64,000 bases of DNA, from contig CAJJBG010000004.1 in NCBI GenBank assembly GCA_905182345.1, positions 1,476 through 65,475 on the forward strand, in the 5' to 3' direction. This DNA comes from Pelagibacteraceae bacterium AG-422-B15. GTDB lineage: Bacteria; Pseudomonadota; Alphaproteobacteria; Pelagibacterales; AG-422-B15. The position numbers and the translations under genes were made by a program. A model generated the notes under the pieces. That model did no database searches. It had not been told where the DNA came from and saw nothing but the letters and a program-made list of their open reading frames with translations. Positions 1 to 9,035 of the stretch are shown here, one piece after another; position 1 is the stretch's first letter; every line of letters begins with the position of its first letter.

Positions 1-434
1 TTATCATTTATTGCTGCTTTAAAGGCATGCCATGAAAGTGTTGCACATTTTACCCTCATAGGAAAAGCACTTACACCTTTCAGCGCATAAAGTGAATCTT
101 CTTCATTTAGCATTTTTAAACTTGTTTCTGATCCAGTTACTAAATTAGAAAAGTCTTCAAATAGTCGCATAGCATAATCTAAGGAATTATTTTTAAGACT
201 TTGAGTCATTAATGAGGTAGAGGCGATAGATATAGCACAGCCAACACCAGTAAATTTTATGTCCTTGATAATATCGTCGTCATCTAAGTGTAAGGTTAAA
301 TGAACTTTGTCACCACAAAGGGGGTTGTGCCCATCAGCTGATTTATTAAAATTTTCACACTCACCAAAATTACGAGGGGTATTGCCATGGTCAATAATAA
401 TTTCTTGATACAGCTCTTTTAATAAATCACTCAT
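1..434 (-). CDS. sufU: NifU/IscU-like Fe-S scaffold of the SUF system (SufU type); C-terminal end cut by window edge
   Basis: Not in the ORF track. My translation of the minus strand from ATG 434-432 gives MSDLLKELYQEIIIDHGNTPRNFGECENFNKSADGHNPLCGDKV...GVGCAISIAS...RVKCATLSWHAF, the three-Cys IscU/SufU pattern. ATGA start/stop overlap with sufS. The frame stays open to position 1. Confidence 0.8.
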   Translation of the reverse strand, partial: MSDLLKELYQEIIIDHGNTPRNFGECENFNKSADGHNPLCGDKVHLTLHLDDDDIIKDIKFTGVGCAISIASTSLMTQSLKNNSLDYAMRLFEDFSNLVTGSETSLKMLNEEDSLYALKGVSAFPMRVKCATLSWHAFKAAIND

Positions 435-1660
435 TTGACTGAAAAAAAACTATTACATTTAATCAACGCATCAATAAAATAGTCTACTTCATGTTTATTG
501 TTGTAAATACCAAAAGATGCTCTTGCTGTTGCTGGTACATCTAAAATTTTCATAAGTGGTTGGCAACAGTGGTGACCTGCTCTTACTGCAATTCCCTCAA
601 CATCTAAAAATGATGCTACTTCATGTGCATGAATATTTTTTAAATTAAATGAAATGATTGATGTCTTATTAATAGAGTTTGAATATCTATTTACAAAATT
701 TAGATCAGACATTTTTTGGCTAGCATAATCAGTGAGTTCTTTTTCATATAACTCAACATTCTCCATGCCAATGTTATTTATATAGTCAATAGCAACACCC
801 AAGCCATAGGCCTCAACCATGGGTGGTGTACCTGCTTCATATTTTGCAGGCAGAGCTGCATACGTCGCTCCATCTAAGCTAACTTCGTTTATCATACCTC
901 CACCACCTAAAAATGGTGGGAGTTCATTTAGTAGGTTTTCTTTACCATATAGAACACCAATACCTGATGGGCCATACAGCTTATGTCCTGAAAAAACAAA
1001 AAAATCACAATCAAGCTCTGTAACATCCACTTTAAGATGTGAGGCTGATTGACAACCATCTAACAATACATGCAGATTATTTTCTCTACTAATTTGAATT
1101 ATTTTTTTATCTGTAATAGTTCCAAAAACATTTGAAAGATGAGTTATAGCCACCAACTTAGTTTTATCTGTTATAAGCGATTGAAAATGATCTAGATCTA
1201 ATTGACCATCTTGATCAATATTAATGAATTTCAATATTACGCCATAATTATCACGAAGAAAAAACCATGGCAACAAATTGGAATGGTGCTCCATAACGCT
1301 TAAGATAATTTCATCACCACTCTGCATAAACTTTTTAAAATAAGTTTGTGCAACCAGGTTAATACTTTCAGTTGCATTTTTAGTGAAAATAATTTCATTT
1401 TCAGACTTAGCATTTATAAATTTTTGAACTTTTTTACGCGCATCTTCGTACTTAAAGGTAGCTTCAACACAAAGCGTATGCACGCCTCTACTTACATTTG
1501 AATAATGATTGGCATAAAAGTCACCTAGTGCCTCAATGACAACCGATGGTTTTTGAGCTGATGCTGCTGTATCAAAATAAACTAAATCATTACTAAGAAT
1601 CTTTTTAGTTAAACTAGGGAAATCATTGCGTAAATTTTTTTTTAATTGTTCCTGATGCAT
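431..1660 (-). CDS. sufS: Cysteine desulfurase SufS (class V aminotransferase)
   Basis: 409 aa. PLP-lysine context FSGHKLYGPSGIG and active-site Cys loop RAGHHCCQPL. Located after sufBCD. Confidence 0.95.
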   Translation of the reverse strand: MHQEQLKKNLRNDFPSLTKKILSNDLVYFDTAASAQKPSVVIEALGDFYANHYSNVSRGVHTLCVEATFKYEDARKKVQKFINAKSENEIIFTKNATESINLVAQTYFKKFMQSGDEIILSVMEHHSNLLPWFFLRDNYGVILKFINIDQDGQLDLDHFQSLITDKTKLVAITHLSNVFGTITDKKIIQISRENNLHVLLDGCQSASHLKVDVTELDCDFFVFSGHKLYGPSGIGVLYGKENLLNELPPFLGGGGMINEVSLDGATYAALPAKYEAGTPPMVEAYGLGVAIDYINNIGMENVELYEKELTDYASQKMSDLNFVNRYSNSINKTSIISFNLKNIHAHEVASFLDVEGIAVRAGHHCCQPLMKILDVPATARASFGIYNNKHEVDYFIDALIKCNSFFSVK

Positions 1661-1664
1661 AGGC

Positions 1665-2603
1665 TTAATTATTTAAAGAGATGTATTCTTTTGCCTTCGT
1701 CATCATTTGCGCATTATCAATTGTGTCAAAAAATTCAGATAAAAACCCTTTGATATACAAGTCTTCAGCTTCTGTTTTTGAAATACCTCTAGATGTTAAA
1801 TAGAACAGTGTCTTTGCATCGGGCTGGCCCGAAGCTGCTCCATGTGAACACTGAACATCATCATTATAAATTTCTAATTTAGGGACTAGGTTGATTTTAG
1901 ATTCCTTACCAATCAATAGTCCTTTACTAACTTGGTTAGATATAGTTTTAGAACAATGATTATCAACAAATATAGTGCCATCAAAGCTTATGGTTGAGTT
2001 GCCTCTAGCTACAGTTTTAAAAAAACAATCAGATGTTGATGATTTAGCATTATGTCTTATTTCAACTACATTGTTCGAATTTGTAGAATCACTAATAGCT
2101 ACCCCACTACCTAAATAACTAGAATTAATGTCATTCAAATTGATTGTAGTTCTGTTTAGGTTTTCTTTTGAACCATTTGAAAAAATATAATCTTTAAACG
2201 AGCTACTCTCCAATAAAGAGCAGTCATGATAAAAATTATTTATTTTATTTTTATTAAATTTATTTAATTTATAAGATTCTAAGCAAGCATTTTTTTCTAA
2301 TTTGGTAATAAGTTCAAAATTTGAATTACCTTTATATGTTGACTCATCTAAAAATTCTAATTTAGCATTTTCATTTATTTTTAAGAAAATTTTTAGATTA
2401 AATGTTTCGTCATCATGAGTATCAACATCTAAAACTATTCTCTGTGTTTGATCAGCAGGCGAAACATCTATATGTAATTCATTGTCTTTGTCAAAATTAA
2501 TAGACTTTTCAATTTTTATCGAATTTGAAGAGTTTTTAATAATTAGATTATTATCTTTAAATGCTATTGAGCTTATGTTTTTATTCATAGCCTTCCTTGT
2601 CAA
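1665..2603 (-). CDS. sufD: Fe-S cluster assembly protein SufD (short form)
   Basis: 312 aa. C-terminal SufB/SufD-type region (QCSHGAASGQPD, FYLTSRGISKTEAEDLYIKGF). Position between sufC and sufS, with a 23-nt overlap with sufC. Confidence 0.8.
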   Translation of the reverse strand: MTRKAMNKNISSIAFKDNNLIIKNSSNSIKIEKSINFDKDNELHIDVSPADQTQRIVLDVDTHDDETFNLKIFLKINENAKLEFLDESTYKGNSNFELITKLEKNACLESYKLNKFNKNKINNFYHDCSLLESSSFKDYIFSNGSKENLNRTTINLNDINSSYLGSGVAISDSTNSNNVVEIRHNAKSSTSDCFFKTVARGNSTISFDGTIFVDNHCSKTISNQVSKGLLIGKESKINLVPKLEIYNDDVQCSHGAASGQPDAKTLFYLTSRGISKTEAEDLYIKGFLSEFFDTIDNAQMMTKAKEYISLNN

Positions 2604-3309
2604 TTCTTGATGCTAAGGTGTGATCGCCAGATTCAATGATTTGCCCATTTTGAAATATATGAACGTAGTCAGGCTTTATATATTCTAACAACCTTAAATA
2701 ATGTGTAACTATAATAAGAGAGCGTTTTTCTGACCTCATCTGATTAACAACATCTGCCGTTAATTTCAATGCGTCCACATCTAAACCAGAGTCTGTTTCA
2801 TCCATTATAATCAATTTTGGATTAAGCAAATCCATCTGCAAAACTTCATTCTTTTTCTTTTCTCCACCAGAAAACCCACTATTTACAAACCTACTATGCA
2901 TCTCCATAGGCATCTTAAGTAAAGCTGATTTTTCTTTTAATAACTTTAAAAATTCAGCTGCATCAATCGGCTCTAAGCCTTGATGTTTTCTATGAGAGTT
3001 TAAAATTTGTCTTAAGTAGGATGCATTTGAAACACCTGGTATTTCAATTGGATATTGAAAAGCTAAAAATAAACCCTCTAGAGATCTTTCAGTTGGTTCC
3101 ATTTCTAATAAGTTTTTATTGTTAAAGTTTACTGATCCAGATTCAACTATATAATTAGGGTTACCCGCTAAGGTATGTGCAATAGTACTTTTGCCAGAGC
3201 CATTGGGTCCCGTAATTGCATGAACTTCTCCAGTTTTTACTGTAAGGCTTAAATTATTTAATATTTTATTTTCTTCTACCGAGACATTCAGATTTTTAAT
3301 TTCTATCAT
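2581..3309 (-). CDS. sufC: Fe-S cluster assembly ATPase SufC
   Basis: 242 aa. Walker A GPNGSGKST, ABC signature FSGGEKKKNE, Walker B LIIMDETDSGLD. Confidence 0.95.
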   Translation of the reverse strand: MIEIKNLNVSVEENKILNNLSLTVKTGEVHAITGPNGSGKSTIAHTLAGNPNYIVESGSVNFNNKNLLEMEPTERSLEGLFLAFQYPIEIPGVSNASYLRQILNSHRKHQGLEPIDAAEFLKLLKEKSALLKMPMEMHSRFVNSGFSGGEKKKNEVLQMDLLNPKLIIMDETDSGLDVDALKLTADVVNQMRSEKRSLIIVTHYLRLLEYIKPDYVHIFQNGQIIESGDHTLASRIDKEGYE

Positions 3310-3310
3310 T

Positions 3311-4753
3311 TTAACCGATACTTCCTTCTAAGCTTATGCTTACTAATTTTTGTGCTTCAACAGCAAATTCCATAGGCAGCTTTTGTAATACTTCTTTACA
3401 AAAACCATTAACAATTAGACTTTGAGCTTCCTCTTCATTTAAACCTCTTTGCAAACAATAGAAGAGTTGTTCTTCACTTATTTTTGAAGTTGTAGCCTCA
3501 TGATTAATTGAAGATGAGTTTGATGAATTCTCAGTATATGGAATCGTATTTGCTTTGCAGTTGTCGCCAACGAGCAATGAATCACATTGTGTAAAATTGG
3601 TAGCATTTTCTGCCTTAGGATGAAAACTAACTAATCCTCTATAGGTATTTGTAGAGTGCCCTGCTGAAATTCCCTTAGAAATAATTTTACTCTTTGTATT
3701 CTTGCCTAAGTGTATCATTTTAGTTCCAGTATCAGCTTGCTGATAGTTGTTTGTTATAGCAACAGAATAGAATTCTCCAATTGAATTATCTCCCCTTAAA
3801 ATACAACTAGGGTACTTCCATGTAATTGCAGAACCAGTTTCAATTTGGGTCCATGATATTTTTGAATTTTTTCCCTTACACAAACCTCGTTTAGTAACAA
3901 AGTTGTAGATACCACCTTTACCATCCTCATCTCCTGGATACCAATTCTGCACTGTAGAATATTTTATCTCAGCATTATCTAAGGCTATCAATTCAACATT
4001 AGCTGCGTGTAGTTGGTTTTCATCACGCATAGGCGCTGTGCACCCCTCTAAATAGCTAACATAACTATCTTCATCAGCTATAATTAATGTTCTTTCGAAT
4101 TGACCAGTTTCAGAGGCATTAATTCTAAAATATGTAGATAGCTCCATAGGACATTTTATTCCTTTTGGAATATAAACAAATGAACCGTCTGTAAATACAG
4201 CAGAGTTTAATGTGGCATAAAAATGATCTGTAATAGGGATAACAGAACCAAGATACTTTTTTACTAACTCAGGATGATTTTGTATGGCTTCTGAAATAGG
4301 ACAAAAAATTATACCCATTTCATTTAACTTGCCTTTAAATGTTGTTGCAACTGAAACACTATCGAATACCGCATCTACCGCAACACCAGCTAACATTTTT
4401 TGCTCGGTAAGCGGAATGCCTAGCTTATTATAAGTCTCAATAAGCTTTGGATCTACTTCATCTAAAGATTTTGGCCTATCTTCATGTCCCTTGGGTGCTG
4501 AATAATAATACAGGGATTGCAGATCTATTTTTTTGAATTTTACTTTAGCCCACTCTGGCACTTTCATTGATTTCAATCTTTGGAAGGCTTTCATTCTCCA
4601 TTCTAGCATCCACTCAGGTTCATTTTTCTTTGCAGATATTATTTTAATAATATCTTCATTGAGTCCACGTGGAATAGTTTCACTTTCAATATCAGTTACA
4701 AATCCATACTTGTAAGATTCTTGCTTAAAATTATCTTTACTAACTTTGCTCAT
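3311..4753 (-). CDS. sufB: Fe-S cluster assembly scaffold SufB
   Basis: 480 aa. Highly conserved SufB blocks ([49 protein letters not shown]). Confidence 0.95.
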   Translation of the reverse strand: MSKVSKDNFKQESYKYGFVTDIESETIPRGLNEDIIKIISAKKNEPEWMLEWRMKAFQRLKSMKVPEWAKVKFKKIDLQSLYYYSAPKGHEDRPKSLDEVDPKLIETYNKLGIPLTEQKMLAGVAVDAVFDSVSVATTFKGKLNEMGIIFCPISEAIQNHPELVKKYLGSVIPITDHFYATLNSAVFTDGSFVYIPKGIKCPMELSTYFRINASETGQFERTLIIADEDSYVSYLEGCTAPMRDENQLHAANVELIALDNAEIKYSTVQNWYPGDEDGKGGIYNFVTKRGLCKGKNSKISWTQIETGSAITWKYPSCILRGDNSIGEFYSVAITNNYQQADTGTKMIHLGKNTKSKIISKGISAGHSTNTYRGLVSFHPKAENATNFTQCDSLLVGDNCKANTIPYTENSSNSSSINHEATTSKISEEQLFYCLQRGLNEEEAQSLIVNGFCKEVLQKLPMEFAVEAQKLVSISLEGSIG

Positions 4754-5189
4754 AATTTCTTTCTTCTAAAAAACTGTTTTTATTACCTACTACAAGATCA
4801 TGCAATGATACTGATTCTAAGTATCCTTCAATTAAAATTTCTAAGTCTTCCCATAAATCATGAGTTAAACAACGAACATTTTTACCAGTACAAAAACTTG
4901 TTGCACTATTATTACATCCTGTAGTTTTAATGCTTTCGTCTACTGCCGAAATAACATCACTAACTTTAATATCTTTTTTGCTACCCAGTAATTTATAGCC
5001 ACCGCCTGGACCTCTATGACTTCTAACTAGATTAGATTTCTTTAATTTCAAGAAAATTTGTTCTAAATAATGTAATGAAATATTTTGACGCAACGCAATA
5101 TTAGATAGCTTACAGGGTTTATCTTCGGCATACTTGGCAATATCGACCATAGCCATTACTGCATATCTTCCTTTACTACTTAATTTCAT
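4740..5189 (-). CDS. iscR: Rrf2-family Fe-S cluster regulator, IscR-like
   Basis: 149 aa. N-terminal Rrf2 wHTH ([20 protein letters not shown]...[31 protein letters not shown]). Cys-x8-Cys-x6-Cys-x2-His cluster-ligand pattern ([20 protein letters not shown]). Overlaps the sufB start by 14 nt. Confidence 0.85.
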   Translation of the reverse strand: MKLSSKGRYAVMAMVDIAKYAEDKPCKLSNIALRQNISLHYLEQIFLKLKKSNLVRSHRGPGGGYKLLGSKKDIKVSDVISAVDESIKTTGCNNSATSFCTGKNVRCLTHDLWEDLEILIEGYLESVSLHDLVVGNKNSFLEERNYEQS

Positions 5190-5198
5190 ATAATTTAA

Positions 5199-5870
5199 TT
5201 ATTTTAATTTATCTTCAATATCTTGAATGCGTTTTTTTAATGACTCATTTTCATTCACTAAACTATCTACTATTGTTACACGACTATCCTTACCTGAAGT
5301 AAGTCCGTAAGGAGCAAAAAATTCTTCAGATTTATCATCAATTTTGGTTGTATACCTTGCTGGAATACCAACAACACTTGTGTTTAAGCTAACGTCTTTA
5401 GTAACTACTGAATTTGAGCCAATTTTGGAGTTTATCCCTACATTAATTGGACCTAATATCTGTGCACCTGCGCCAATAATAACATTGTCTTCTATAGTGG
5501 GGTGTCTTTTAGTGTTCTTTTGTTCATTGCTGTTTTCACTAGGAGATGTGCCACCAAGCGTAACACCATGATAAATAGTAACATTGTCTCCAATAATACT
5601 AGTTTCACCGATAACTACTCCCATACCATGATCAATAAATAGCGCTTTACCTATTTTTGCCCCTGGATGAATCTCAATTCCAGTTAAAAATCTTGCTAAA
5701 TATGAAATGAATCTAGCTATAAGTTTTAATTTTATTGAATAAAAAAAACTAGAAAGCTTATAAAGTCCTATTGCGTGCAAACCTGGTGAGAATAAAAAAG
5801 TCTCAATTCTACCAGTGGCTGCTGGATCTCTTTGTATATAGGAGTCGATTATCTCAATTAGACTGCGCAT
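5199..5870 (-). CDS. cysE: Serine O-acetyltransferase
   Basis: 223 aa. Hexapeptide-repeat beta-helix ([39 protein letters not shown]) typical of CysE. Lies 9 nt upstream of iscR on the same strand. Confidence 0.9.
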   Translation of the reverse strand: MRSLIEIIDSYIQRDPAATGRIETFLFSPGLHAIGLYKLSSFFYSIKLKLIARFISYLARFLTGIEIHPGAKIGKALFIDHGMGVVIGETSIIGDNVTIYHGVTLGGTSPSENSNEQKNTKRHPTIEDNVIIGAGAQILGPINVGINSKIGSNSVVTKDVSLNTSVVGIPARYTTKIDDKSEEFFAPYGLTSGKDSRVTIVDSLVNENESLKKRIQDIEDKLK

Positions 5871-5934
5871 TTAAAAAAAAGCCTTGAATTTATATGTTAA
5901 AGTTTAGTATACCGTCTTATACGTATTAACTATA

Positions 5935-5959
5935 ATACCCGAGTAATACAGTCAACTAT
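5935..5959. promoter_or_regulatory. IscR type-1-like operator in the cysE-iscR-suf / hydrolase divergent spacer
   Basis: ATACCCGAGTAATACAGTCAACTAT matches 24 of 25 positions of the E. coli type-1 consensus ATASYYGACTRWWWYAGTCRRSTAT (consensus from memory). It contains a minus-strand TTGACT -35-like hexamer (5955-5950). Confidence 0.55.
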
Positions 5960-5976
5960 TAATATAGGAATATTTA

Positions 5977-6639
5977 ATGAGCAATCAAGTCAAGGAAATA
6001 CTTTTTACAGGGCCTGATGGTCGACTAGTTGGTAAGTATAAAAAAGGTCAGTCACTCAATCCACCTGTTGCATTATTATTGCATCCGCATCCATTATATG
6101 GTGGCACAATGAGTAACCCAATTGTTACTGAGCTATATAATATTTTTGATGCTCTGGGATTTTCAACTTTTAGATTTAATTTTAGGGGCGTTGGAAAAAG
6201 TGAAGGTAAGTTTGATAACGGATTAGGTGAACTTGCAGATGCTGCTGCGGCACTTGATTGGGTACAAAGACAGAATCCAAATACTAATCAATGTTGGGTA
6301 AGTGGTTTTTCATTTGGCGCAGTGATATGTATGCAACTTTTAATGAGAAGGCCTGAGATAACAAGATTTGTAAGTGTCTCACCCCAACCTAATTTATATG
6401 ACTTTAATTTCTTGGCACCATGTCCAGCATCAGGATTAATTGTTCATGGTAAAAAAGATGAAATGGCTCCATTGGAAGATGTTCAAAGGCTAGCTCAAAA
6501 ACTTCAAGCACAAAAAAATATTACTGTTCAGTACGAAGAGATCTCTGGTGCTAACCATTTTTATGACAATGAAATTCCAAAATTAAGAAAAGTTATAGAA
6601 AACTACATTGAAATAGAATTAAATTCACGTTTTAGATAA
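5977..6639 (+). CDS. Alpha/beta-fold hydrolase, function unknown (COG2945-like)
   Basis: 220 aa. Nucleophile elbow GFSFG. Overall pattern LLLHPHPLYGGTMSNPIV...FRFNFRGVGKSEG typical of this small hydrolase family. Confidence 0.7.
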   Translation: MSNQVKEILFTGPDGRLVGKYKKGQSLNPPVALLLHPHPLYGGTMSNPIVTELYNIFDALGFSTFRFNFRGVGKSEGKFDNGLGELADAAAALDWVQRQNPNTNQCWVSGFSFGAVICMQLLMRRPEITRFVSVSPQPNLYDFNFLAPCPASGLIVHGKKDEMAPLEDVQRLAQKLQAQKNITVQYEEISGANHFYDNEIPKLRKVIENYIEIELNSRFR

Positions 6640-7732
6640 TTTTAAAAATATCACCACCGGTTATTGATTTTTTTACTCCTGTCGTTCCAGGAAATGATAT
6701 TGGCAATCTTTTTGCCGATCTAACCGCTAAGTACGCAAAAGCCTGTGCTTCAATTTGATCATCAAGAAGACTATAGTCATTTATTGAATATATATTTTTT
6801 TTTGTAATCTTATTAATTTGATCTAAAATAAATAAATTTCTACTACCTCCACCCATTACGATAATAGACTCAAATTTTTTACCCAACTGTTTAATCCCAA
6901 GGCTTATTGATTCTGCTGTAAACATAGAAATTGTTGCACACGCATCATAGAAATTTAAGTTTTTATATTTTTCTAAATCAAAGTAATTTTTATCTAATGA
7001 TTTAGGAAATTTCTTTCTAAAAAAAGAATCAGAAATTTCATTTTTTAAAATTTTTTTATTAACAGTTCCATTGTATGAATACTTACCATATGGATCAAAT
7101 TTCTCACCCTTAGTTTTATATATGTATTGGTCCAATAAACACATTCCAGGTCCAGTATCAAAAGCAATTAAAGAGTCAAAGTTTGAAACATAAGTGAGAT
7201 TAGAAATCCCTCCTATATTAATAAATATTGTTGACGTAGATATATCTAAATATTTTCTTAATACTGCATGAAATATGGGGACTAAAGGTGCTCCTTGCCC
7301 TTCATTTTGAATATCATTTTGACGAAAATTAGAAGCTACCGGTATATTAAAAAAATTTGAAATACTTGATGAATTTACAAGCTGCAAAGAAACATGTTCT
7401 TTTGCGGAGTGAAATATTGTCTGTCCATGAGCACCTATTATATAAATATCTTTAGTTTTGACATTTGCTTTTTTTAAAAGTTTTTTAATACCTTCGATAT
7501 ATATAGATGTTATCTCATTTTCTAAAAATATTATTTTGTAGTGTAGGCTTTTTTTAGAAGAGAAATTTTTGGATAATGTGGCTATATCAGCTTTTAATTT
7601 TTTACCATAATTTATAGAATAATTACATACAGGCTCAAAATAATTCAGTCCATCAGTTTTAATTAGAGCTAGATCTACTCCATCAGCTGAAGTTCCACTC
7701 ATTATACCAATAGCAAAAAAATAATTTCTCAT
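6632..7732 (-). CDS. anmK: Anhydro-N-acetylmuramic acid kinase
   Basis: 366 aa. N-terminal GIMSGTSADGVDLAL motif and overall AnmK-like sequence. Confidence 0.85.
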   Translation of the reverse strand: MRNYFFAIGIMSGTSADGVDLALIKTDGLNYFEPVCNYSINYGKKLKADIATLSKNFSSKKSLHYKIIFLENEITSIYIEGIKKLLKKANVKTKDIYIIGAHGQTIFHSAKEHVSLQLVNSSSISNFFNIPVASNFRQNDIQNEGQGAPLVPIFHAVLRKYLDISTSTIFINIGGISNLTYVSNFDSLIAFDTGPGMCLLDQYIYKTKGEKFDPYGKYSYNGTVNKKILKNEISDSFFRKKFPKSLDKNYFDLEKYKNLNFYDACATISMFTAESISLGIKQLGKKFESIIVMGGGSRNLFILDQINKITKKNIYSINDYSLLDDQIEAQAFAYLAVRSAKRLPISFPGTTGVKKSITGGDIFKII

Positions 7733-7787
7733 ATGATTTAATATATATTTCCTGTATTCTAGCTCAATATTGTATTATTAAAAACAT

Positions 7788-9023
7788 ATGACTTTATTTG
7801 AAGAACTTAAATTAAGAGGTTTTATTCACCAGTGCACTGATGAGCCCGCTCTAAATAAACTTTTAATGGAGAAATCTGTTAATTTTTATATTGGATTTGA
7901 CTGTACCGCTAAAAGTCTTCACGTTGGAAGTCTTATTCAGATAATGATGATGCGCTTATTTCAAAAATATGGACATAAGCCTATTATTCTCATTGGTGAA
8001 GGTACAACTAAAATTGGTGATCCATCTGGTAAAGATCAATCTAGAAAAGTGCTTTCAGCCGATAATATAAAAGATAATGCCTCAAACTTAATGAAAGTTT
8101 TTAATAAATATTTAGATTTTAACTCTAACAATAAGGCTATTTATACTAATAATGCTGAATGGCTTGATAAAATTAACTATATAAATTTTTTACGGGATTA
8201 TGGGAAACATTTTACAATTAATAAAATGCTTAGCTTTGATAGTGTTAAACTTAGATTAGAAAGAGAACAATCTCTAAGTTTTGTAGAATTTAATTACATG
8301 ATATTACAAGCTTATGACTACCTTGAGTTGAATAAAAGGTTTGATTGCAAATTACAAATAGGTGGCTCAGATCAGTGGGGCAATATTGTTAATGGTATCG
8401 ATTTAATAAGGCGCGATAGCTCTAACGAGGTTTATGGTCTCACTACTCCGTTGCTTACTAATGCAAAAAACGAGAAAATGGGTAAGACTGTTGATGGTGC
8501 AGTCTGGTTAAATGAAGACTTATTATCTTCTTATGATTATTGGCAATTTTGGCGCAATGTGGATGATAGAGATGTATTTAGATTCCTAAGACTCTTTACT
8601 GATATTAATATTGAAGAAATAAACATACAGGAAAAAGAAATTAATATTGATATTAATGCCATGAAAATAAGGCTAGCAAACCGTGCAACGGAAATGCTTC
8701 ATGGTAAAGAAAGGACATTAGTAGCAGAAAAAACAGCTAGTGATATCTTTAGGAATGAAGGAAGTTCAGAAAATTTACCTCATCTTGCGATTGACCTTGT
8801 TAAAAATAGTAAAGTTTTTTTAAATGACTTGATTGTAGAAATTGGTTTTGCAACATCAAAGAGTGAAGCTAGGAAGCTCATTAAGAACAGTGGTGTAAAA
8901 ATAAACCGCATTGTAGTGAGTGAGGAGCTAAGGCTACTTACTAAAGATGATTTTAATGCTAAAAATGAAGTCATGATAAGCGTTGGTAAAAAAAGACATT
9001 TTTTAATAAAATTAATAAATTAA
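7788..9023 (+). CDS. tyrS: Tyrosine--tRNA ligase
   Basis: 411 aa. HIGH-type motif (SLHVGSL), KMSKS-type motif (KMGKT), C-terminal S4-like domain (SKSEARKLIKNSGVKIN). Confidence 0.95.
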   Translation: MTLFEELKLRGFIHQCTDEPALNKLLMEKSVNFYIGFDCTAKSLHVGSLIQIMMMRLFQKYGHKPIILIGEGTTKIGDPSGKDQSRKVLSADNIKDNASNLMKVFNKYLDFNSNNKAIYTNNAEWLDKINYINFLRDYGKHFTINKMLSFDSVKLRLEREQSLSFVEFNYMILQAYDYLELNKRFDCKLQIGGSDQWGNIVNGIDLIRRDSSNEVYGLTTPLLTNAKNEKMGKTVDGAVWLNEDLLSSYDYWQFWRNVDDRDVFRFLRLFTDINIEEINIQEKEINIDINAMKIRLANRATEMLHGKERTLVAEKTASDIFRNEGSSENLPHLAIDLVKNSKVFLNDLIVEIGFATSKSEARKLIKNSGVKINRIVVSEELRLLTKDDFNAKNEVMISVGKKRHFLIKLIN

Positions 9024-9035
9024 TTTATTAATTTT
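9008..9035. repeat. 28-bp perfect palindrome spanning the convergent tyrS and asmA-like stop codons (possible bidirectional terminator hairpin)
   Basis: AAAATTAATAAATTAATTTATTAATTTT. All 14 base pairs were checked position by position. It contains the tyrS TAA (9021-9023) and the minus-strand TAA (9030-9028). Confidence 0.9.
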
